Assembly: GCF_044704955.1 (NCBI RefSeq)
Contig: NC_091979.1
Coordinates: 316,572,001-316,636,000, forward strand
Source: Pristiophorus japonicus
Lineage: Eukaryota
Reading direction: 5' to 3'
Length of the DNA stretch: 64,000 nt
Shown here: one piece after another, positions 37,701 to 46,464 of the stretch
Layout of the letters: every line of letters starts with the position of its first letter
Numbering within the stretch: position 1 is the stretch's first letter
Program-made: the position numbers and the translations under genes
Notes under the pieces: generated by a model
Databases searched by the model: none
What the model saw: the letters and a program-made list of their open reading frames with translations, nothing else
Told to the model about the DNA's origin: nothing

Positions 37701-40356
37701 TCGATTCTACGAGTGCCTTTAATTCATCCGGTTTCAGACTTCTGCTAGTAGTGGTGACGCTTTCTCTCGGGGGTTGGTCATATGTCCCGGAGACCTCAGA
37801 ATTAGTGTCAAACTCATCTTCATTATCTGCCTGGGCTGTTGTAATAGTGGTAGTGATCAGATTAACCTTCTTTGTCTCTGCCGGGGTGTTCCCTCCTGGA
37901 TAAGGGGGAGGGGGCGTGAGGGTCGGGGGCTGTCCTGACAATAAGAATCTTTGTGGGATTATTTCTGTTTAGTCAGGCCTTCCGGGTTAACATTGGGGTC
38001 TCCCAGTTTAGAGCGAGTGATGGCTGCCACAACAGCTGATTGCTTTCCCAGTTTCCCCTGCAATTCTAGTATTTTTAATTCACACTGGGAGTGACCAATG
38101 CCCACCGGAGGGGGGCTTACAAGATACTCTCTGAGAACTCCTCTTGAGTTCCTCAGTTGTGAGGACAAGAGTTTAACCTTGGATTTTAAAGACTGGTTTT
38201 GCTCAAAGGCCTGCTGATGACGTTGTGAAGCCAGTCGGGCTTCCTCTCCTCATGTCGAAGGAAAGAACAGACATTAGCATATCGATCCTGCCAGTCCTGT
38301 CATTTTTTTTCAAGTGAAGTATTTTGTTCTAAGCGCTCGAGTTCTTTCGAGCGGACGGCACACAAGTGGGCCATATTGGGCTGTATATGACTAGCTTCTT
38401 TAAGCTTAATCTTCTTCTCATTCACTTGGGACGCTATCCCATCCCAGTGCTTGGAGTAACTACACCCCTCCTCTTGGACCACTCTAATAACCTCTTTGGC
38501 CCTCTGGACCCCGAATTTCTCGGAGAGACTGCTCATGATTTTATGTCTACAATGAGCATCCGTGATTTGTTTTTTGGTTTCCGTGACGAAGCACACCCCC
38601 ATACGGGGTTTCCTACCCAGTCGTTCCACCTGATACCCTTTATGACATTTTAGAGCAAGTCTGTCTCCAACTCGTTTCTCCACAATAACCTTTTTACAGT
38701 CCTGCCCCCGAAGCCAATTGGTTGGAAATAGCCAAGTTTAAGGCTATCTCTGGTCCCTTTAATAATCAGGATCAACGGTAAAACCAATCTGGTGGATACA
38801 TTATATTTAATCAGAGTTTAAGACAGAATATAACATATTAGTTATAGAGCAAAAACATACAACCGTAACAGGTAGTTGATACCGATTCCGATCGGACAAA
38901 AGGCTGATACAAGTGAGCAGTACTCTGGCTTGCAGTCTCTTTCTCTCGTCTAGATCTTCCTTCGGTAAAGCATGGGATCTTTCTCGAAAAGTGTTCAATC
39001 AGCTAAATTTCTGTTTCGCCCTTCCCTCACACCATCTATACCATCATTCTTCAGGAAGCTACTTTTATTCTATTTTTAGGAGTGGGCCTGACCCTGGATA
39101 TTGACAAGACCGTTTGACCTTTCGAGGTGCCCCTAAAAACTTACTATCCAATAAGCTTTCTAGTTCTTTGTCTCAATTCTTGTTTCAACAACCCGCCTTA
39201 AAGATGTCTTACAATTTTGGTCACATTTCACTATTTATATCTTATCGAAGTAGCTTTTCTGTGGAATTCCTTTGATACCTCTCTGTCTCTATTCTCCCAG
39301 GAACAATCACTACACAGCCTTATTCCTCTACTCTTTGAACTATGAAGCTGATGTGGAGTATTACAAAGATGCTCAACACAAGTCTGTTTTGGAGAAAAGA
39401 TTTGTTTATTAAGTACTCGATCGAGAGAAAGACAGCTTCTGCACGAGTTCAGTAACTCGGTGATCCAAACTAGCTGTTCTCCTCGAACAAGCGTCAGGTT
39501 ACTATTTTTATAGTAACAGTCAAAATACATACAAAATTATGAAGTTCCGTGTGGAAGCTTTCCATTTGTTGTTTCCCTGCCACATCACAAAGTTTCGCCT
39601 AACTTTATGATTGCAAATATTAATTAGTTAATACAATTATATTGACAGCAAGCTTCGTTACCTCCCCTGTGCGCCTTTTATCTGATAAGTTACGTGCTAC
39701 ATCATTCTCAGGTCTGCACCTCTTGGCTGATCTGCTCTCAACCAGTTGAGATTTTTCTCAATCCGCCTTTGTTTCCCGTAATCATTTATCACCTCATGTG
39801 ACCTAACCTTGGCCCAACTGTCTGGGTTATACTGTGATAAGGTGATTTATCTTCCGAAGAGTTGGAGTTTTAACATTTTCCCTGTGTTTCGGAGCACGTA
39901 TTTCTTTTGTTTCTGACAGCCTTTGTTTTTGGTTGTTAACGTTACTTAATTAGGTCCCCTTTGATTAATTAGGTTCCCTCTACTTCATTTTTTTTCTACA
40001 GAAGCAAAACCAGAAAACTGCTCACCCCAGAGTGTTACCTCTTTTACGACATAGCAACATGTTTACCGTAACTCTACAAACTTCCTTTCATTATCTACGC
40101 CAGCAGTTTTGTTCAGGTAACTTTAAACCCTACCCGTTGCATTATACATAAAATACATCAACAAGTATTTAAATTGCCTAGCATCAGGGAGATTGTAAAT
40201 AGTACAAAAAACTATACCCTCCATTTCTAAGCATTTCTCTGATTCGAATAGATATTCCGTCTGCAGTTCAAAACAACGATTTAAACATAATATTCTTATC
40301 CGTTTTACACATTCGTGACAGTTTTATACATTTTTAGGAATCCCTGATTTCGAAAA
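31749..40356 (-). mobile_element. Decayed endogenous retrovirus-like provirus: 5' LTR about 38804-40356, gag, protease, RT, tether, RNase H, integrase, possible env remnant, deleted 3' LTR 31749-31932
   Basis: PPPY (37588-37941 ORF); CFHCKKTGHISREC knuckle (about 37085-37130, with a frameshift); protease MDSGS (about 36745); RT LPQGFHNAP and QYVDD (about 35850-35960); SFLGLLGY; RNase H VYIDGSS; integrase QIDFIGPLP, VVVDTFTKW, SSGMVER, WNGP, HINQLK; PPT AAGGAGGGGAA next to the 3' LTR. Many stops and frameshifts. Confidence 0.88.
35363..35815 (+). mobile_element. CR1 3' fragment inserted into the ERV RT
   Basis: RGDLIE...QRIVNLWNSLP and a TTTCTATG tail splitting the RT domain. Confidence 0.9.
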
Positions 40357-40857
40357 AGTGCTGACAATCAGATGCCCCTCACAACCAACAGTAATACAAT
40401 AACTCATTGATAGTCTATATGTTACAAGCAGTAATAGGTGTAATGTCTCTCTATCCTACGTGTAACTAGCAGTAATACTTTAACCCACTGATACTCACCC
40501 TGAAACCATACCCAGAATCCCCCTGCACTGCACCAGGTGAGGTCAGGCTCCCCAGTTGAAGCCACATTTAACAGGCCCCATCTCTCTCTCTATCTCCTTG
40601 GAATCTGATTTGGTCTCCGGTTCCGTGTGAAGGTGACAATTCTGAACTGGGAACCTCAGTCTGAGCTGATCTGTATTTGGACTTCACACGTCAAACCCGG
40701 CCGGCACAGACCCACCTGAACCAATCCGAGAGATTGCGCAAAGGGCAGTGAGCTCAGTGTTTGGGGCACTTCTCACAGGGAACATTGTCCTAAACTCAGC
40801 TCAGCACCAACATTTCTAAACCATTCCATGTGTTCGGTCTCAATAAAGGAGGGTTTT

Positions 40858-41065
40858 CATAGAATTATAGAAATGACTACACAGGAGGAGACCATTCGGC
40901 CTCGGAGCTCGCACTCTCTTCTGTAATCCCATTCCCCCCAGATCTTATAACATTCTTCCTTTTCAAATATTTATCACGTTCCCTTTAGGTTTTAGAATCC
41001 TTGGTTTCTGTTCCATAGTTCCCCATTCGCCCACCACTGGAAATAATCTTTCACTATTTACCCAC
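40858..41065 (-). mobile_element. Old CR1-like 3' fragment
   Basis: CATAGAATTATAGAAAT tail and GGAGACCATTCGGCC 3' UTR motif. Confidence 0.5.
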
Positions 41066-41182
41066 AGTAAGGTCCCCAGGTTTCACTCACCCCTTTACTG
41101 GCTGCTCCTCTCTCAGTGTCACTCCCACTCACCACGTTGCTGCTGCTCCCGGCTCTGGGGGAAATACTGGAACCCACACCCA

Positions 41183-41965
41183 CCCCATTCCCCAGTCTCC
41201 CTCTCCCCGAGCCCCCATTCCCCAGTCTCTCTCTCCCCGAGCCCCCATTCCCCAGTCTCTATCTCCCCGAGCCCCCATTCCCAAGTCTCCCAGTCCCCAA
41301 TCCCCCATTCCCCAGTCTCCCTCTCCCAGAGCCCCCATTCCCCAGTCTCCCTCTCTCCCCGAGCCCCCATTCCCCAGTCTCTCTCTCCACGAGGCCCCAT
41401 TCCCAAGTCTCCCTCTCCCCAAGCCCTCATTCCCCAGTCTCCCGCTCCCCGAGCCCCCATTCCCCAGTCTCTCTCTCCCCGAGGCCCCATTCCCAAGTCT
41501 CCCTCTCCCCAAGCCCTCATTCCCCAGTCTCTCTCTCCCCGAGCCCCCATTCCCAAGTCTCCCAGTCCCCAAGCCCCCATTCGCCAGTCTCCCGCTCCCT
41601 GAGCCCCCATTCCCCAGTCACCGTCTCCCTGAACCCCCATTCCCCAGTCTCCCTCTCCCCAAGCTCCCATTCCTCAGTCTCCCACTCTCCCCAAGCCCCC
41701 ATTCCCCAGTCTCCCTCGCCCGGAGCCCCCATTCCCAGTCTCCCTCTTCCCAAGCCCCCATTCCCCAGTCTCTCCCTCTCTCCCCGAGCCCCCATTCCCC
41801 AGTCTCCCTCTCCCCCACCCCCCATTCCCCAGTCTCCCTCTCCACGAGCCCCCATTCCCCAGTCTCCCTCTCCCTGAGCCCCCATTCCCCAGTCTCTCTC
41901 TCCCCAAGCCCCCATTCCCAGTCTCCCTCTCTCCCCCAGCCCCCATTCCCAGTCTCCCTCTCCTC
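41183..41965. repeat. 30-bp minisatellite (CCCCCATTCCCCAGTCTCCCTCTCCCCGAG)n, left array
   Basis: Visible approximately 30-bp period with indel variants. Confidence 0.95.
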
Positions 41966-41976
41966 CGGCCACCATA

Positions 41977-42037
41977 CATAGAATCATAGAATGGTTGCAG
42001 CACGGAAGACGACCATTTGGCCATCCAGCCCGTGCCG
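41977..42037 (-). mobile_element. About 60-bp CR1 extreme 3' end abutting the MHC class I 3' UTR
   Basis: The - strand reads GGCACGGGCTGGATGGCCAAATGGTCGTCTTCCGTGCTGCAACCATTCTATGATTCTATG: CR1 3' stem-loop region plus (ATTCTATG)2 tail. Confidence 0.7.
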
Positions 42038-42288
42038 AATTAGACATATCTCATTTACATTAAACACCAAAAGACCCAACTGGAGATTTCTATCCAATCA
42101 CCAAAAAGAAAATATCCCCAAACCCACTCAATGATAGATACGTTACCGATTACTATTAACACTGGCAGCAGCCAGTGACAATCAAACGAAATGAAGATGC
42201 AGAATCGTGGATTGCTTCTGAATGAACCCTCCTTGCGACACAGCAAGTCCAGATTCTAGTCCCAGTGAACTTCACTTCGGGACCAGCC

Positions 42289-43356
42289 TCAGGCTTGGGC
42301 TGGTGAGTTTGGGGATAATTCTCCTCGTTCAGCAGGGTTCGCTGGGCTGTAACCAGATGTCTCCTCTCCTCCTCTCCTCTTCCACACAACCGCACCGATC
42401 ACAAGAGCAATCAGGGCGACGGCAGCAATCACAATTCCAACAATCAAACCCCTATTTGTTCCCTCTGGCGATCCTGGAGTCACTCGGAACGTCCCGTCCC
42501 AGTCTCGGGTCTTCCCTCCTGCTTGGCCGCTCTGCTCATACTGACAGGAATAGGTGGCTCCATCCGCGGGCTCGATCTGAGCCCATGTCGTGAGCTGGTA
42601 GGTGCCATCGTGGTTGGGCAGGATGCCCGTGGATTCCGTGTCCCTGATTGGCTCGCCATTTCTCAGGAGGGTCACTTGGATTTCGCGAGGGTAAAAACCT
42701 GTGAGGAGACAGGAGAGTTGGGGGGCTTTAATATTCGACGCCTTGTCCACAGAAGGAAACACTTGAGGAGCAACAGCTCCCAGTTCTCTCTCTCCAGCCT
42801 TCAGGTATTTCTTCAGCCACTCGATGCACTCCTGCTCCAGGTAACTTTTGTCCTGCTGCATTTCGGCCCTGTCCTGGTCCCACTTGTTCTTGGTGATCTC
42901 TCCCCACGGTACCGGGGTGACCCACACCAGGCGATCCTTGTCGAAGCTGATCAGGTCCTTCCCGTCCCAGCCGTACTGCCAGAAGCCGCTGGTGGTGCCG
43001 CCATCCCGCAGCTCACAGCCGCACAACCTCTGCAGCGTGTGGATCCCGCCGGTCTGGTTGGTGCGGGTTAAGACGGTCTGAATGTTGCCTTTCATCACCT
43101 GCTCCTTGCCCCGCAGGATCTGTGTGTAGCGCTCCCAGTACTCGGCGCCCTCGCTCTCCCTGATCCACCGCTGCCGCGGGGTGTACTGGCGGCTCACACT
43201 GTCATAGTAAATAAACTGCTGGTCATCCACATAACCCACATCGGTGAACTCAGCAATGCCCGGGAGCGGAGTGATAGCCGTGTGCATGTACCGTAGGGAG
43301 TGAGAGCCTGCACACACCTCTCCACACAGAAGGGCCAGCACGGTCAGTCCAAACAT
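42289..43356 (-). CDS. Intronless MHC class I heavy chain, resembling the shark classical UAA lineage (355 aa)
   Basis: Signal peptide MFGLTVLALLCGEVCA; alpha1 GSHSLRY...EYWER...RTNQT (N86 glycan); alpha2 CGCEL...EITKNKWD...YLEQECIEWLKKY; alpha3 LSCLLTGFYP...PNHDGTYQ...YSC; TM GLIVGIVIAAVALIALVIGAVVW; tail with GYSPA. Single open frame across all normal exon junctions. Confidence 0.95.
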   Translation of the reverse strand: MFGLTVLALLCGEVCAGSHSLRYMHTAITPLPGIAEFTDVGYVDDQQFIYYDSVSRQYTPRQRWIRESEGAEYWERYTQILRGKEQVMKGNIQTVLTRTNQTGGIHTLQRLCGCELRDGGTTSGFWQYGWDGKDLISFDKDRLVWVTPVPWGEITKNKWDQDRAEMQQDKSYLEQECIEWLKKYLKAGERELGAVAPQVFPSVDKASNIKAPQLSCLLTGFYPREIQVTLLRNGEPIRDTESTGILPNHDGTYQLTTWAQIEPADGATYSCQYEQSGQAGGKTRDWDGTFRVTPGSPEGTNRGLIVGIVIAAVALIALVIGAVVWKRRGGEETSGYSPANPAERGELSPNSPAQA

Positions 43357-43452
43357 TGTTACTTCCCTCGACAGGCTGGAATGAGCGGTTTGCAGGCAAT
43401 CCTTTTCCGAGAGACCGTCCGTGAGCTGCGCCCAATTCAGACCGTGTGATTC

Positions 43453-44610
43453 CTGTGCCCTGTGCCGATACTGTGTCTCTGGGACTGTCTCTCTGTGCCC
43501 TGTGCTGATACTGTGTCTCTGGGACTGTCTCTCTGTGCCCAGTGCTGATACTGTGTCTCTGGGACTGTCTCTCTGTGCCCAGTGCTGATACTGTGTCTCT
43601 GGGACTGTCTCTCTGTGCCCAGTGCTGATACTGTGTCTCTGGGACTGTCTCTCTGTGCCCAGTGCTGATACTGTGTCCCTGGGACTGTCTCTCTGTGCCC
43701 TGTGCTGATACTGTGTCTCTGGGACTGTCTCTCTGTGCCCTGTGCTGATACTGTGTCCCTGGGACTGTCTCTCTGTGCCCAGTGCTGATACTGTGTCCCT
43801 GGGACTGTCTCTCTGTGCCCTGTGCTGATACTGTGTCTCTGGGACTGTCTCTCTGTGCCCTGTGCTGATACTGTGTCCCTGGGACTGTTTCTCTGTGCCC
43901 TGTGCCGATACTGTGTCTCTGGGACTGTCTCTCTGTGCCCAGTGCTGATACTGTGTCTCTGGGACTGTCTCTGTGCCCTGTGCTGATACTGTGTCTCTGG
44001 GACTGTCTCTGTGCCCTGTGCTGATACTGTGTCTCTGAGACTGTCTCTCGGTGCCCTGTGCTGATACTGTGTCTCTGGGACTGTCTCTCTGTGCCCAGTG
44101 CTGATACTGTGTCCCTGGGACTGTCTCTCTGTGCCCTGTGCTGATACTGTGTCTCTGGGACTGTCTCTGTGTGCCCTGTGCTGATACTGTGTCTCTGGGA
44201 CTGTCTCTCTGTGCCCTGTGCTGATACTGTGTCTCTGGGACTGTCTCTCTGTGCCCTGTGCTGATACTGTGTCTCTGGGACTGTCTCTCTGTGCCCTATG
44301 CTGATACTGTGTCTCCGGGACTGTCTTGGTGCCCTGTGCTGATACTGTGTCTCTGGGACTGTCTCTGTGCCCTGTGCTGATACTGTGTCTCTGGGACTGT
44401 CTCTCTGTGCCCTGTGCTGATACTGTGTCTCTGGGACTGTCTCGGTGCCCTGTGCTGATACTGTGTCTCTGGGACTGTCTCTGTGCCCTGTGCTGATACT
44501 GTGTCTCTGGGACTGTCTCTCTGTGCCCTGTGCTGATACTGTGTCTCTGGGACTGTCTCGGTGCCCTGTGCTGATACTGTGTCTCTGGGACTGTCTCTGT
44601 GCCCTGTGCT
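43453..44610. repeat. 40/38-bp minisatellite (TGTGCTGATACTGTGTCTCTGGGACTGTCTCTCTGTGCCC)n, about 29 units
   Basis: Visible period; lies between the MHC ATG and the X-Y module. Confidence 0.97.
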
Positions 44611-44796
44611 GTCTGTTCTTGCGCTTTGCCCAGTGCAGAGTGTTTTACACTCAGACTCCTCCGGTTCGATTGGTTCGAGGGTATATTTGTCTCCAATTAC
44701 AATAAAAACAGGCTGTGAGTCAATAGGCTCCGGGTAGAAAAGACACGGGGAGAGTTTGTGTTGGTGCCGAAATAAACTTTCCAAACATTGAACTAT

Positions 44797-44838
44797 CCAA
44801 TCAGACAAATACTGCGAGCTGCATCATCAGTTGCCGGG
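44797..44838 (-). promoter_or_regulatory. MHC enhanceosome X1-X2-Y module (RFX, CREB/ATF and NF-Y sites)
   Basis: The - strand reads CCCGGCAACTGATG ATGCAGCTCGCAGTATTTGT CTGATTGG: X1, overlapping X2-like TGATGCA, a 20-nt spacer and Y box CTGATTGG, oriented toward the class I ORF. Confidence 0.8.
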
Positions 44839-44956
44839 TAGGTTAAAGATAATCCCCGCCTCTCCCGGTCCCGAGTTCTCCCACCACCATCCAAACCCAA
44901 CTTCCCGACTCCCAACCCCCCGAAAGCTCTGCCCACCCCCGGCAGCTCGATCTCCT

Positions 44957-45115
44957 GAGGGGTTCAAGGGATCTGCTGCGAGGGGGCTGAAGGGATCTGC
45001 TGGGAGGGGGCTGAATGGATCTGTTCGGAGGGGGCTGAAGGGATCTGCTGGGAGGGGGCTGAAGGGATCGGCTGGGAGGGGGCTGAAGGGATCTGCTGGG
45101 AGGGGGCTGAAGGGA
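44957..45115. repeat. 24-bp tandem repeat (AGGGGGCTGAAGGGATCTGCTGGG)n, about 6-7 units
   Basis: Visible period; produces the GRGLKGSA pseudo-ORF. Confidence 0.9.
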
Positions 45116-45272
45116 GTTGCTGTGGTGTGTGAGAGAAGGCCAGGGCTGGAGAGGCCCAGTGACCTTGTCTGGAGCCCAGGGATCAGTCCAGCTCTTCCAG
45201 GCCCCCACAGAATAAATTACACTCAACCTGGCCTCTTCTACCTCCCGCCTGGCCTCACCATGATCCCCCCTG

Positions 45273-45818
45273 ACCCATTCCCCAGTCTCTCTCTCCCGAG
45301 CCCCCATTCCCCCTCTCCCCGAGCCCCCATTCCCCAGTCTCCATCTCCCCGAGGCCCCATTCCCCAGTCTTCCTCTCCCCGAGCCCCCATTCCCCAATCT
45401 CTTTCTCCCTGAGCCCCCATTCCCCAGTCTCCCTCTCCCCGAGCTCCCATTCCCCAGTCTCCCTCTCCCTGAGCCCCCATTCCCCAGTTTCCCTCTCCCC
45501 AAGCCTTCATTCCCCAGTCTCCCTCTCCCCGAGCCCCCATTCCCCAGTTTCCCTCTCCCCAAGCCCCCATTTCCCAGTCTCCCTCTCCCCGAGCCCCCAT
45601 TCCCCAGTCTCCCTCTCCCCGAGCTCCCATTCCCCAGTCTCCCTCTCCCCAAGCCTCCATTCCCCATTCTCACTCTCCCCAAGCCCCCATTCCCCAGTCT
45701 CCCTCTCCCCGAGCCCCCATTCCCCAGTCTCCCTCTCCCCGAGCCCCCATTCCCCAGTCTCCCTCTCCCCGAGCCCCCATTCCCCAGTCTCCCATTCCCC
45801 GAGCCCTCTTTCCCCAGT
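45273..45818. repeat. 30-bp minisatellite (CCCCCATTCCCCAGTCTCCCTCTCCCCGAG)n, right array; same unit and orientation as 41183-41965
   Basis: Visible period. Confidence 0.95.
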
Positions 45819-45819
45819 G

Positions 45820-46180
45820 TTAAGGGATGATCTAATTGAGATGTTTGATATGATTAAAGGATTTGACCGGGTCGATCGAGAGAAACGATTTCCTCTGGTG
45901 GGGGAGGCCAGAACAAGGGGGCATGAAATAGAAATTTGAGCTCAGCCATTCAGGGGTGATGTCAGACAGCACCTCTTCACACAAAGGGTAGTGGAAATCT
46001 GGAACTCTCTCCCCCAATAAGCTGTCGAGGTTAGGCCAATTAAAAATGTCAAAACTGAGATGATAGAATTTTGTTAGACAAGGGTATTAAGGGTTAGAGA
46101 ACCAGGGTGGGTAGATGGAGTTGTGATACAGTTCAGTCATGATAAATTAAATGGTGGAACATGTTCCTATGTTCCTACCT
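45820..46180 (+). mobile_element. CR1 3' fragment
   Basis: RDDLIE...FTQRVVEIWNSLP-like coding and a TGTTCCTATGTTCCT tail. Confidence 0.75.
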
Positions 46181-46464
46181 ATGATCATACTAATGGATGA
46201 TCGTGGATTTCTGCTGGCACTCATGAGCCAATTGTTCATTTGTTGTTGCCTCCAGGACCATTACGGGATTCCAATGGGTTTCCCCCGAACTGAGGGATGC
46301 CAGGCAGTGAGGCTGCAGGGAGGTGTTCCGGGCCCATGTGCACTGACCTGCTCATCTGTTCTGCTATTCTGACTTTACCAGCATTGCTATGTTGATTATA
46401 TATGAGCTAAAAATGTAAGTTAGATACACATAAGATGGGCTTTGATTATTTTGTTCTCTTACAG

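Noticed and set aside
43437-44696. 419-aa ORF upstream of the MHC gene
   Set aside because: Frame-cycling translation of the 40/38-bp VNTR; it stops before, and is not fused to, the class I ORF.
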